64,000 nt of DNA from an uncultured Acidobacteriota bacterium (GTDB lineage: Bacteria > Acidobacteriota > Thermoanaerobaculia > Multivoradales > UBA5704), in the NCBI GenBank assembly GCA_963700145.1, contig OY969474.1, forward strand, positions 2,080,001 through 2,144,000, read 5' to 3'. The notes under the pieces are model-generated. The model searched no databases and had not been told where the DNA came from. It was given only the letters and a program-made list of their open reading frames with translations. Positions 1 to 9,789 of the stretch are shown one piece after another. Each line of letters begins with the position of its first letter. Position 1 is the stretch's first letter. The position numbers and the translations under genes were made by a program.

Positions 1-1580
1 CCGGGGGGCCGCCGGAGGAGGTGCCAGCGGCCGGCGGAGCGGACCTGCCAGCCGCCGAGGCCGGGGCCGAGGGCAGTGCGGACCGCGGGCCAGTCGCCGC
101 GCGCCAGGAGGTAGTCGAAACGCGGGCCGTCGCGGGCGAGCGAGAAGGCGCGCGGATGGCGGTCGGCGACTCGCATCAGGAGCTCCGGATGGGGCCCGCG
201 GCCGGGGCGGTAGCGCACCACGCTGTGCGACAGCTCGGCGAAGGAGAAGAGGAGCCGCCCGCCGCGCAACGCCTGATAGAGCGCGGGGAAGTGGGTGAAG
301 ACGGGATAACGGAGAAGGGGCCGCCCCTCGCCGGGCGGGTCGGCGTAGGGGTCGTAGACCAGGCCGGCCAGGCGCCGGCCGGGCTCGGCGGCGCGCAGGA
401 GGCCGGCCAAGCCGGCGGCGTCGCGCTCGAACGCGAGGGCGTCGGCGGCCGCCAGCCCCAGCCGCAAGACGAGGAGCCCGGCGGCGAGGCCCTTGAGGAG
501 GAACGTGCGCCGCGGAGGCGGCGCCGGCAGCGCGACCAGCGCCAGCATGGCGGCGAGAGGCGCCAGCCGCTCCGCGACGAGGTAGCCCATGAGGCGCTCC
601 GGCAAGAGCAGGTAGAGGGCAAAGAGGCCGCCGGCGAGCCAGGCGAAGCGAGCCTGGAGGACCCTGTTCCCTCTTCGCCCTACCTGCTCTTCCTGCCGCC
701 GCCGTGCCGCGAGAACCCCGAGAGCGAGGGCCAGCGCCGCGAGCGCGAGCTCTTTCAGTCCCGGATAGGCGCCGAAGACGAGCCCCGGCAGGACCAGGAG
801 CTTGAGCGGCAGCGCGTGCCAGCGCGTGCCGACAGCTTTCATGCTCAGCTCGTATGGGCTGAAGGACCGCTCGGGCGTGAGGAGGTTCGGCAGGAGGACG
901 ACCGCGACGACCAGCAGCACTCCGGGGAGGAGCGCCGAGAGCGGCCCGAGCGCCCGGCGCCATCCCGGCCGCCGCACGAGGACCAGCCAGGCCACCGCGG
1001 CGGCGAAGAGCAGGAGGAGCTGGAGGTGGACGAGGTAGAAACCGAGCGTCAGCGCCGCGAGCAGGAGCCACGCGCGGGCGCCGAAGCGCCGCTCTCCACC
1101 CAGAGCCTCCAGCAGCCGGTCGGCCACGGCCAGGCCGGCGAGGAACAGCGGGTAGGCGAAAAGGGTCCCCACGAACCCCCACGAGTAGGCGTAGTTGTAC
1201 GTCGCCGCGAGCGGCAGAAGGGCGTACCAGTCCGGCCGGCCCAGGCGGCGGGAGAGGGCGAGCGCCGCCGGCCCCACCGCCGCGATCGCCAAGGCCACGG
1301 CGAGCTTCCCCGCCACCTCGATCGGCAGCAGCCAGGCGAGCCCGGCCGTCAGCCACTCGAAGAGCGCCTGCGGCGCCGCCCAGGCGATGCAGTAGGTCGC
1401 GGCGAAGCCCCGCGCCGGGTCCCCCCAGAAGCGGAGCGCGGCCGCCATCGCCAGGTGCTGCGGGTAGTCGACCATCGGCGGGAAGGTGGTGAGCCAGACG
1501 GGAAGGGTCCAGAGCGCCGAGGCGGTGGCGACGAGGAGGGAGCCGCCCCGCGATCGCGGCGGCGCCGGAGGGGGCGGCAT
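1..1580 (-). CDS. Polytopic membrane protein, possibly GT-C-like glycosyltransferase (3' end outside window)
   Basis: Not in the ORF track. ATG at 1580 reads MPPPPAPPRSRGGSLLVATASALWTLPVWLTTFPPMVDYPQHLA followed by many hydrophobic segments; the 21..1595 + ORF is its antisense shadow. Confidence 0.7.
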   Translation of the reverse strand, partial: MPPPPAPPRSRGGSLLVATASALWTLPVWLTTFPPMVDYPQHLAMAAALRFWGDPARGFAATYCIAWAAPQALFEWLTAGLAWLLPIEVAGKLAVALAIAAVGPAALALSRRLGRPDWYALLPLAATYNYAYSWGFVGTLFAYPLFLAGLAVADRLLEALGGERRFGARAWLLLAALTLGFYLVHLQLLLLFAAAVAWLVLVRRPGWRRALGPLSALLPGVLLVVAVVLLPNLLTPERSFSPYELSMKAVGTRWHALPLKLLVLPGLVFGAYPGLKELALAALALALGVLAARRRQEEQVGRRGNRVLQARFAWLAGGLFALYLLLPERLMGYLVAERLAPLAAMLALVALPAPPPRRTFLLKGLAAGLLVLRLGLAAADALAFERDAAGLAGLLRAAEPGRRLAGLVYDPYADPPGEGRPLLRYPVFTHFPALYQALRGGRLLFSFAELSHSVVRYRPGRGPHPELLMRVADRHPRAFSLARDGPRFDYLLARGDWPAVRTALGPGLGGWQVRSAGRWHLLRRPP

Positions 1581-1589
1581 GAGGCAAGA

Positions 1590-1630
1590 TTCTAGGCGCC
1601 CGTCTCGGAAAGCGAGACGGACGCCTAGAA
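1590..1630. repeat. Long inverted repeat in a divergent promoter region
   Basis: TTCTAGGCGCCCGTCTCG-GAAAG-CGAGACGGACGCCTAGAA. Confidence 0.7.
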
Positions 1631-1685
1631 CGGTTTGATCGGAGCCCGGCGCGAAAGCCTTCGCGCCTAGAGAGAGGAGGTCCCC

Positions 1686-2516
1686 ATGACCAGAACGATG
1701 TGCCGAAGCGCTCTCCTGCTGTCGCTCGCCTGCGCCGCCTGCTCGCCCGCCGCGCCACCGGCTCACGAGCACCCGCTGATCGATCTGGCCGGCGGCGAGC
1801 TCGTCGACCTTACCCACCCCTTCGACGAGCGGACGATCTACTGGCCGACCTCGCCGTCCACCTTCCGCCTCGAGCGGCTGGCGCACGGACCGACCGAAGG
1901 GGGCTGGTTCTACTCCGCCAACGCCTTCTGCACCCCCGAGCACGGCGGCACCCACCTCGACGCGCCGATCCACTTCGCCGAGGGCGGCGACACCGCCGAC
2001 CGGGTGCCGCTGGCGCGCCTCGTCGCGCCGGCCGTCGTGATCGACGTCGGCCGCCAGGCCGCCGCCGACCCCGACTACCGACTAGCGCTCGCCGACGTCG
2101 AGGCCTGGGAGCGCGAGCACGGCCCGGTCCCCGCCGGCGCCATCGTCCTCCTCCGCACCGGCTGGTCGGACCGCTGGCCCGACCGCAAGCGCTACCTAGG
2201 CGACGACACCCCCGGCGACGCCTCCAACCTCCACTTCCCCTCCTACGGCCCCGAAGCCGCCCGCCACCTGATCGAGCGCCGCCGCGCCGCCGCCCTCGGC
2301 GTAGACACCGCCAGCATCGACCCCGGCAACTCCCCCGACTTCCCAGTCCACCGCCTAACAGGCGCCGCCAACGCCCCCGGCTTCGAGAACCTGACCCACC
2401 TAGACCAGCTGCCCCCCACCGGCGCCTGGGTAATCGCCCTACCAATGAAGATCGCCACCGGCTCCGGCGGCCCCCTACGAGCGATTGCGCTGGTACAAAA
2501 AACGCCCGGCACGTAA
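1686..2516 (+). CDS. Cyclase family metal-dependent hydrolase (kynurenine formamidase-like), probable lipoprotein
   Basis: EHGGTHLDAPIHF motif, GVDTASID, ENL..L; signal peptide with Cys; GAGGAGG Shine-Dalgarno. Confidence 0.9.
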   Translation: MTRTMCRSALLLSLACAACSPAAPPAHEHPLIDLAGGELVDLTHPFDERTIYWPTSPSTFRLERLAHGPTEGGWFYSANAFCTPEHGGTHLDAPIHFAEGGDTADRVPLARLVAPAVVIDVGRQAAADPDYRLALADVEAWEREHGPVPAGAIVLLRTGWSDRWPDRKRYLGDDTPGDASNLHFPSYGPEAARHLIERRRAAALGVDTASIDPGNSPDFPVHRLTGAANAPGFENLTHLDQLPPTGAWVIALPMKIATGSGGPLRAIALVQKTPGT

Positions 2517-2529
2517 GCCGGGCGCTACG
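2497..2529 (-). terminator. Hairpin plus T6 (REP-like), probable terminator of the tRNA operon
   Basis: Minus strand GTAG-CGCCCGGC-TTACGT-GCCGGGCG-TTTTTT; near-identical copy at 42011-42043. Confidence 0.65.
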
Positions 2530-2539
2530 AGTTCGCGAC

Positions 2540-2630
2540 CGACGGGATTCGCTCCGCCGCCCGCGAGCGTAGCGAGCGGACGGCCACCGAAGACCGTCTT
2601 CCGTCCAGCATGACGAGCGAAGCGAGGAAT
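2540..2630 (-). repeat. tRNA-linked structured repeat 3' of tRNA-Gly
   Basis: Similar to 43797-43880, which lies 3' of tRNA-Met. Confidence 0.6.
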
Positions 2631-2632
2631 GA

Positions 2633-2707
2633 TGGAGCGGGAGACGGGATTCGAACCCGCGACCAGCAGCTTGGAAGGCTGCGACTCTACCCCTGAGTTA
2701 CTCCCGC
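2633..2707 (-). tRNA. tRNA-Gly (TCC)
   Basis: GCGGGAGTAACTCAG...CTTCCAAG...GGTTCGAATCCCGTCTCCCGCTCCA. Confidence 0.97.
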
Positions 2708-2724
2708 GTAGAGAGCGAAGGGAA

Positions 2725-2811
2725 TGGTGGAGGCGGATGGATTTGAACCACCGTAGGGCTTTGCCCGGCAGATTTACAGTCTGCTGCCATTGACCACTCG
2801 GCCACGCCTCC
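2725..2811 (-). tRNA. tRNA-Tyr (GTA)
   Basis: GGAGGCGTGGCCGAGTGG...CTGTAAA, long variable arm, GGTTCAAATCC, CCA end. Confidence 0.97.
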
Positions 2812-2837
2812 GAAAGAAAGAACCCTGCGACCGGACC

Positions 2838-2912
2838 TGGAGCCGGCACCCGGAATCGAACCGGGGACCTACTGTTTACAAGACAGTTGCTCTACCGCTG
2901 AGCTATGCCGGC
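2838..2912 (-). tRNA. tRNA-Thr (TGT)
   Basis: GCCGGCATAGCTCAGCGGTAGAGC...CTTGTAA...GGTTCGATTCC, CCA end. Confidence 0.97.
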
Positions 2913-2937
2913 AGGGGCTCCCCGGAGCCGCGGCAGT

Positions 2938-3654
2938 CTAACCCCTGCCCTCGCCACCGGCAACCGCTCGCTGCCGCACGGCCTCGTAGAGGAGCGCCGC
3001 CGCCGCGGTGGCGAGGTTGAGCGACTCGACCCGGCCGCGCATCGGCAGCCCGATCAGCCGGTCGCAGAGCTGGCGGGTGCGCGCCCGCAGCCCCTTCTCC
3101 TCGCCCCCCAGACACAGTACAACCTTCCCCGTAAGGTCCACATTCCAGGGCGCTTCGCCCCCCTCGGCGGCGCCGTAGACCCAGAAGCCCTGCGCCTTGA
3201 GCGCCTCGAGGCTCTGCGCCGGGTTGACGATCCGCTCGACCGCCAGCCACTCGGCGGCGCCGGCCGCGGTCTTGACCACCGCGGGCGAGAGCGGCGCCGA
3301 GCCGCGGTCGCGCACCAGCACCCGGCCCACCCCCGCGCCTTCGCACACCCGCAGGAGGGCGCCGAGGTTGCGCGGGTCCTGGACGTCCTCGACCAGCACC
3401 AGGAGATCGGGGTCGGCGCCGGCCGCGTCCCCGGTCCCTTCCCGCACCTCGGCGGCGAAGCCGTTGTGGGCGGGGCCGGCGAGGGCGGCGAGCGCCCGCT
3501 CGGGGAGCGCCTCGAGCGCCACCCGGTGGCGGCGGCAGAGCTCCTCGATCTCGTCCCGCCGCCGGCCGCCGCGCCCGCCGGCCACCAGCACCCGCACGAC
3601 CTCGTGCGGCCGGTGGCGGAGGGCCTCGCGGACGGGGTGGAAACCGTAGAGAAG
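2938..3654 (-). CDS. rlmB: 23S rRNA Gm2251 methyltransferase RlmB (SpoU/TrmH family); start codon unclear
   Basis: LYGFHPVREAL, DPRNLGA, GGEEKGL and ESLNLA motifs; no ATG/GTG/TTG at the expected N-terminus. Confidence 0.9.
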   Translation of the reverse strand, partial: LLYGFHPVREALRHRPHEVVRVLVAGGRGGRRRDEIEELCRRHRVALEALPERALAALAGPAHNGFAAEVREGTGDAAGADPDLLVLVEDVQDPRNLGALLRVCEGAGVGRVLVRDRGSAPLSPAVVKTAAGAAEWLAVERIVNPAQSLEALKAQGFWVYGAAEGGEAPWNVDLTGKVVLCLGGEEKGLRARTRQLCDRLIGLPMRGRVESLNLATAAAALLYEAVRQRAVAGGEGRG

Positions 3655-3658
3655 CGCC

Positions 3659-4219
3659 CTACACCTCCAGGATTTGTTGCTCTTTCTTCTGCAGGGCGCC
3701 GTTGATCTCGGCGATGTGATGGTCGTGGAGCTTCTGCACCTCGTCGAGGCCGCGCCGCTCGTCGTCCTGCCCGATCTCGTGGTCGCGCTCCATCTTCTTG
3801 AGCTTGTCGTTGCCCTCCCGGCGCGCTTGGCGCACGCCATTGCGCGCGTGCTCGGCGATGTCGTGGGCCCGGCGCACGATCTCCTTGCGCCGCTCCTCGG
3901 TCAGGGCCGGCACCGGGATGCGGATCACCTTGCCGTCGTTGGCGGGGTTGAGCCCCACGTCCGACTTGCGGATCGCCCGCTCGATCGCTGCGATCTGGGT
4001 CGGGTCGTAGGGCTGGACGACGAGCATCGTGGCGTCGGCCACCGAGAGGTTGGCGAGCTGGTTGAGCGGCGTCGGCGTGCCGTAGTAGTCGGCGACGATG
4101 CCGTCGAGCAGGGCGAGCGACGCTCGGCCGGTGCGCAGGTGCTTGAGCTCGTGGTGGAGGTGGTCCACGGCGTGCTTCATGTGCTGCTCGACCTCGGTGA
4201 ACACGGCCTTCATCTCCAT
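3659..4219 (-). CDS. frr: Ribosome recycling factor
   Basis: LRTGRAS, GLNPANDG, LTEERRKE. Confidence 0.98.
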   Translation of the reverse strand: MEMKAVFTEVEQHMKHAVDHLHHELKHLRTGRASLALLDGIVADYYGTPTPLNQLANLSVADATMLVVQPYDPTQIAAIERAIRKSDVGLNPANDGKVIRIPVPALTEERRKEIVRRAHDIAEHARNGVRQARREGNDKLKKMERDHEIGQDDERRGLDEVQKLHDHHIAEINGALQKKEQQILEV

Positions 4220-4231
4220 CTCTCTCCTCCT

Positions 4232-4971
4232 TCAGGCGCGGACGATCGAGCCCACCCGCTCCCCGCACACCACCCGGCGGACGTTGCCGGGCCGCGTCAG
4301 GTTGAAGATGGCGATCGGCACCCCGTTGTCGCGGCAGAGGCTGATGGCCGCGGCGTCCATCACCTTGAGGTCCTTCTCGAGCACCTGCTGGTAGCTCACC
4401 TCGCCGAGCAGCTCGGCCTTGGGGTCGAGGTGGGGGTCGGCGGTGTAGAGGCCGTCCACCCGCGTCGCCTTGAGCAACACCTCGGCGTGGATCTCGTTGG
4501 CGCGCAGGGCGGCGGCGCTGTCGGTGGTGAAGAAGGGGTTGCCGGTGCCGGCGGCGAAGATCACCGCCCGCCCCTTCTCCAGATGGCGGATCGCCCGCCG
4601 GCGGATGAACGGCTCGGCCACCTCGTGGATCTCGACCGCCGTCTGCACGCGAGTCGGCACGCCGCGCTTCTCCATCGCGTCCTGGAGCGCCAGGGCGTTG
4701 ATCACCGTCGCCAGCATCCCCATGTAGTCGCCGGTCACCCGGTCGATGCCGCGGTGGCTGGCGGCCAGGCCGCGGATGATGTTGCCGCCGCCCACCACGA
4801 TCGCGAGCTGCACCCCGAGGGCGTGCACCTCCGCCAGCTCGTCGGCGATCCCCGCCACCACCGCTTCGTCGAGGCCGAAGGACTGCTCCCCCATCAGGGC
4901 CTCGCCCGAGAGCTTGAGCAGCACCCGGCGGTAGGCCGGCTGCGGCGCCGCTTGCGGCGCCCCGGCGTCCG

Positions 4972-4975
<4 letters not shown>
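4232..4975 (-). CDS. pyrH: UMP kinase
   Basis: [21 protein letters not shown]; ATGA overlap with the tsf stop. Confidence 0.98.
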
Positions 4976-5619
<644 letters not shown>

Positions 5620-5650
5620 CCTTCTTCTCCTTGGATTCCTGCGTGCGGAT

Positions 5651-5690
5651 AAAAGAAAAGGTCAGCTCGACCTAGGTTCGACTGACCTTT
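5651..5690 (-). terminator. Terminator/attenuator hairpin between rpsB and tsf
   Basis: Minus strand AAAGGTCAG...CTGACCTTT followed by TCTTTT. Confidence 0.6.
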
Positions 5691-5739
5691 CCCTTCCGCC
5701 GAACCGCGGCCGCGGGCGGCGGGGCGAGCCTGCCGTCCC

Positions 5740-6510
5740 CTACGCCGGGGCCGGGCTCCCCAGCGCCGGTTCCGGCCGCAGCGCCGGCCCCGGGCCCATG
5801 TCCTTGCTCTCGATCTCCATCTCCCGCTCGAGCCGCCCCGACCCTTCGAGGTAGGCGTCGGCGATGCGCGAGGTAAACAGGCGGATGGCGCGGATCGCGT
5901 CGTCGTTGCTGGGGATGATGTAGTGGATCAGCTCCGGGTCGCAGTTGGTGTCGACCAGCGCGATGACCGGGATCCCCAGCTTGTTGGCCTCCGAGACCGC
6001 GATGTACTCCTTCTTGGGGTCGACGACGAAGAGCGCGTCCGGCAGCTCCTCCATGTCGCGCACGCCCTCGAGGTTCTTGACCATCTTGTCGCGCTCGCGC
6101 TCGAGGCGCAGCCGCTCCTTCTTGGTCAGCTGGCCCTTCTCGTCGGCGAGGCGCCCCTCGATCTCCTTCCAGCGCTCGACCGAGCTGCGGATGGTGACGT
6201 GGTTGGTTAGCGTCCCGCCCAGCCAGCGGTTGGTGACCGAGAACTCGCCGCAGCGCCGGGCCTCCTCGGAGACCGCGTCGTGCGCCTGCCGCTTGGTGCC
6301 GACAAAGAGGAGCCGCTTGCCCTCGGCCGCCAGGCCGGAGACGAAGTCCGCCGCCTCCTTGAACAGCTTCAAGGTCTTCTGCAGATCGATGATGTAGATA
6401 CCGTTGCGCTTGCCGAAGATGTAAGGCTTCATCTTCGGGTTCCAGCGCCGCGTCTGATGCCCGAAGTGGACGCCCGCCTCGAGCAACTCCTTCATGGTGA
6501 CTTCGGCCAA
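5740..6510 (-). CDS. rpsB: 30S ribosomal protein S2
   Basis: [27 protein letters not shown]. Confidence 0.98.
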   Translation of the reverse strand: MAEVTMKELLEAGVHFGHQTRRWNPKMKPYIFGKRNGIYIIDLQKTLKLFKEAADFVSGLAAEGKRLLFVGTKRQAHDAVSEEARRCGEFSVTNRWLGGTLTNHVTIRSSVERWKEIEGRLADEKGQLTKKERLRLERERDKMVKNLEGVRDMEELPDALFVVDPKKEYIAVSEANKLGIPVIALVDTNCDPELIHYIIPSNDDAIRAIRLFTSRIADAYLEGSGRLEREMEIESKDMGPGPALRPEPALGSPAPA

Positions 6511-6520
6511 GTGATCCTCC

Positions 6521-6913
6521 TTACCGCTTGCTGAACTGGAAGCGGGCGCGCGCGCCCTTCTGACCGTACTTCTTGCGCTCCTTCTTCCGCGGGTCGCGGG
6601 TGAGGAGGCCGGCCGTCTTCAGCCGGTCGCGCAGCTCGCTGTTGAACTCGAGCAGGGCGCGCGAAATGCCGTGGCGGATCGCCCCGGCCTGCCCGGCGCT
6701 GCCGCCCCCCTCGACCGTGACGGTGATGTCGAACTTCTCGGCCGTCTCGGTCAGCAGCAGGGGCTGCTTGATGACCATCTTGAGCACCTCGTTGGGGAAG
6801 AACTCGTCGAGGCTGCGGCCGTTGACTTCGACCACGCCCGAGCCGGGGCGCAGGTAGACGCGGGCGTTCGCCGTCTTGCGGCGCCCGGTGGCGTAGTAGC
6901 GGACCTCGTTCAA
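6521..6913 (-). CDS. rpsI: 30S ribosomal protein S9
   Basis: [26 protein letters not shown]; TTG start with GAGGAG Shine-Dalgarno. Confidence 0.97.
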   Translation of the reverse strand: MNEVRYYATGRRKTANARVYLRPGSGVVEVNGRSLDEFFPNEVLKMVIKQPLLLTETAEKFDITVTVEGGGSAGQAGAIRHGISRALLEFNSELRDRLKTAGLLTRDPRKKERKKYGQKGARARFQFSKR

Positions 6914-6945
6914 TCTGGTCTCCTCGATCGTCGCGGCGGGCCGGC

Positions 6946-7389
6946 TCAGGAGGCGGCGGCCAGGTCGTAGGGGGTGGGCTGCTGCGCCTGGTGCTTGTGC
7001 TCGCCGCCGGCGTAGACCTTGAGCTTGCGGAGCTGCTGGCGGCCGAGCTTGTTCTTGGGGAGCATCCCCCAGACGGCGCGCTCGACGAGCTGCGTCGGCC
7101 GGCGGCGGCGCAGGTGACCGGCGGTCTCCTTCTTGAGCCCTCCCGGGTAGCCGCTGTGCCGGTAGTAGACCTTCTCGTCTTCTTTGCGGCCGGTGAGCAC
7201 GGCCTTCTCGGCGTTGAGCACGATCACGAAGTCGCCGGTGTCGATGTGCGGCGCGTAGGTGGGCTTGTGCTTGCCGGTGAGCAGCGTCGCCACCACCGTC
7301 GCCATCCGCCCGAGCGGCACCCCGGCGGCGTCCACGACCCACCAGCGGTGCTCGATCTCGGCGAGCTTCGGGCTGTACGTCCTGTTCAT
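6946..7389 (-). CDS. rplM: 50S ribosomal protein L13
   Basis: [30 protein letters not shown]. Confidence 0.98.
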   Translation of the reverse strand: MNRTYSPKLAEIEHRWWVVDAAGVPLGRMATVVATLLTGKHKPTYAPHIDTGDFVIVLNAEKAVLTGRKEDEKVYYRHSGYPGGLKKETAGHLRRRRPTQLVERAVWGMLPKNKLGRQQLRKLKVYAGGEHKHQAQQPTPYDLAAAS

Positions 7390-7462
7390 TGGGTCTCCGG
7401 TCCGAACCTGCACGCGCATGCCTCGACTGACCGAGGTTTCCCTCGCGGCGCAAAGGACCAGG

Positions 7463-7491
7463 ATCTTAGGGATTGACCCGCAGGTTGTCAA
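7463..7491 (-). promoter_or_regulatory. Sigma70 promoter of the rplM operon
   Basis: TTGACA-17 nt-TAAGAT. Confidence 0.75.
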
Positions 7492-7517
7492 GGCGCCGGC
7501 CTATACACTAACCGCCC

Positions 7518-8237
7518 ATGCCGAGCGCCGCCGGGATCGACAAGTCGGGGGCCGCGATCCGCGACATGTTCGCGGGGGTGGCGCCGCGCTACGACCTGCT
7601 GAACCATCTGCTCTCCGGCTCCCTCGACCTGGTCTGGCGCCGGCGGGCGGCGGCGGCGCTCGACCTCCCGGCGGGCTCCCGCGTCCTCGATCTTTGCGCC
7701 GGCACCGGCGACCAGGCGCTGGCGCTGCGGCGGCGCGGCCTGGCGGTCGTGGCGGCCGACTTCTGCTTGCCGATGCTGGCGCTGGCGCGGCCGAAGTTCA
7801 ACCGACCGGGTAAGGAGGATGGCCGGCGGCCGGTGCCGCTGGCGGCGGACGCCCTCGCCCTCCCCTTCCCCGCCGGCCGCTTCGACGGCGCCACCGTCGC
7901 CTTCGGGCTGCGCAACGTGGCAGATCTGGACGGGGGGCTCCAAGAGCTGGGTAGGGCGCTACGCCCCGGAGGGCGCGTCGCGATCCTGGAGTTCGCGCTG
8001 CCGCGCGCGCGGGCCCTGCGCGCCCTTTATCTCTTCTACTTCCGCCGCCTCCTGCCGCGGATCGGCAAGCTCCTCTCGCCGCGCGGCTCCGCTTACTCCT
8101 ACCTGCCCTCTTCCGTCCTGGAGTTCCCGCAGCGCGACGACTTCCTCGCCCGCATGGCGGCAGCAGGATTTAGCGATCTTTCGTCGCGTGACCTCGCTGG
8201 CGGCACCGTTTGTCTCTACCTAGGAAAACGCCCATGA
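7518..8237 (+). CDS. ubiE: Ubiquinone/menaquinone C-methyltransferase (UbiE/MenG)
   Basis: MF..VAPRYDLLNHLLS, LDLCAGTGD, FGLRNV. Confidence 0.92.
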   Translation: MPSAAGIDKSGAAIRDMFAGVAPRYDLLNHLLSGSLDLVWRRRAAAALDLPAGSRVLDLCAGTGDQALALRRRGLAVVAADFCLPMLALARPKFNRPGKEDGRRPVPLAADALALPFPAGRFDGATVAFGLRNVADLDGGLQELGRALRPGGRVAILEFALPRARALRALYLFYFRRLLPRIGKLLSPRGSAYSYLPSSVLEFPQRDDFLARMAAAGFSDLSSRDLAGGTVCLYLGKRP

Positions 8238-9178
8238 CCCGCCTACTCGACGGCCGCGCCGTCGCCGCGCAGGTACGGGCGGAAGTCGCCGCGGGCGTCC
8301 GCGAGCTGCTGGCCGCCGGCGGCCGCCCGCCGGGGCTCGCCGCCCTCCTCGCCGGCGACGACCCGGCCTCGCGCCTCTACGTGGAGACCAAGGAGAAGGC
8401 CGCGGCGGAGGTCGGGATCGAGAGCCGCACCGTCCGCCTGCCCGCCGACGCCGGCGAGGAGCGGCTCCTCGCCGCCGTCGAGGAGCTCAACCGCGACGAC
8501 GCGATCGACGGCATCCTCGTGCAGCTCCCGCTACCGGCCGGGATCGACGAGCGGCGGGTCCTCGACCGGGTGGACCCGGCCAAGGACGTAGACGGCTTCC
8601 ACCCGGTCAGCGTCGGCCGCCTCTGGCTAGGGCGCCCCGGCTTCGTGCCGGCGACGCCGCGCGGCGTCCTCGAGCTCCTCCGCCGCTCCGCGGTGCCGCT
8701 CGCCGGCCGCCACGCGGTCGTCGTCGGCCGCAGCGACATCGTCGGCAAGCCCTTGGCCGCCCTCCTCCTGCGCGAGCACTGCACGGTGACGGTCTGCCAC
8801 TCCCGCACCCGCGACCTCGCCGCCGTCACCCGCACCGCCGACCTCCTCGTCGCCGCGGTCGGCCGCCCCGGCCTCATCGGGCCGCAGCACGTGCGGGAAG
8901 GCGCGGTGGTCGTGGACGTGGGGATCAACCGCATCGACGACCCGGAGGAGTGCGAGCGCCTCTTCCCCGGCGATGCCGAGCGCCGCGGGCAGCTGGCGCG
9001 CCGGGGGCACGTCGTGGCCGGCGACGTGGACTACGCGCGCGTCGCCCCGCTGGCCGCGGCGATCACCCCCGTCCCCGGCGGCGTCGGCCCGCTGACCGTG
9101 GCGATGCTCCTGGCCAACACCCTCGACGCCGCCCGCGCCCGCCACGGCGCGGCGGCCTCCGTCCCGACCTCCCCGTGA
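8234..9178 (+). CDS. folD: Methylene-THF dehydrogenase/cyclohydrolase
   Basis: GILVQLPLP, KDVDGFHP, TPVPGGVGP. Confidence 0.97.
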   Translation: MTRLLDGRAVAAQVRAEVAAGVRELLAAGGRPPGLAALLAGDDPASRLYVETKEKAAAEVGIESRTVRLPADAGEERLLAAVEELNRDDAIDGILVQLPLPAGIDERRVLDRVDPAKDVDGFHPVSVGRLWLGRPGFVPATPRGVLELLRRSAVPLAGRHAVVVGRSDIVGKPLAALLLREHCTVTVCHSRTRDLAAVTRTADLLVAAVGRPGLIGPQHVREGAVVVDVGINRIDDPEECERLFPGDAERRGQLARRGHVVAGDVDYARVAPLAAAITPVPGGVGPLTVAMLLANTLDAARARHGAAASVPTSP

Positions 9179-9789
9179 GCGCCCTGCGCGTCGGCCTCAC
9201 CGGCGGGTTGGCGAGCGGCAAGTCGACCGTCGCCGACCTCCTCGCCGAGCGCAGCGCCCGGGTGATCGACGCCGACGAGTTGGTCGCCGATCTCTACCGC
9301 CCCGGCGCGCCGGGCGCCGCCGCGGTGCAGTCGCTCTTCGGCGACGAAGCGCTGGCGCCGGACGGGTCCGTGGATCGCGCCGCCGTGGCGCGGCGGGTCT
9401 TCGCCGACGCCGAGGCGCGGCGCGCCCTGGAGGCGGCGATCCACCCGCTGGTCCGCCGCCGCTTCGAGGAGGTCGCCGCGGACGCGGACGGCATCGTCGT
9501 GCTGGAGGCGACCCTCCTGGTCGAGGCCGGCTACGGCCCCGGCTTCGACCTCATCGTGACGGTCGAGGCGGACCCCGAGGTGCGCCTGCGCCGGGCCGTG
9601 GCGCGCGGCATGGGCGAGGAGGAGGCGCGGGCGCGGCTCGTGGCGCAGGGTGAAGGGGACGCCCGCCGCGCCGCCGCCCACCGGGTTCTCTGGAACGACG
9701 GCGACCTCGCGGCGCTCACCGCGCAGGTGGACGAGCTGGTGACCGAGCTGGGGCAGCTGGCGGCGCTGCGCGAAGGGGGCGCCGGCTGA
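9175..9789 (+). CDS. coaE: Dephospho-CoA kinase
   Basis: VGLTGGLASGKSTV, LEAAIHPLV; GTGA overlap with folD. Confidence 0.95.
   Translation: MSALRVGLTGGLASGKSTVADLLAERSARVIDADELVADLYRPGAPGAAAVQSLFGDEALAPDGSVDRAAVARRVFADAEARRALEAAIHPLVRRRFEEVAADADGIVVLEATLLVEAGYGPGFDLIVTVEADPEVRLRRAVARGMGEEEARARLVAQGEGDARRAAAHRVLWNDGDLAALTAQVDELVTELGQLAALREGGAG

Noticed and set aside
21-1595. 524-aa plus-strand ORF
   Set aside because: Antisense shadow of the minus-strand membrane protein.
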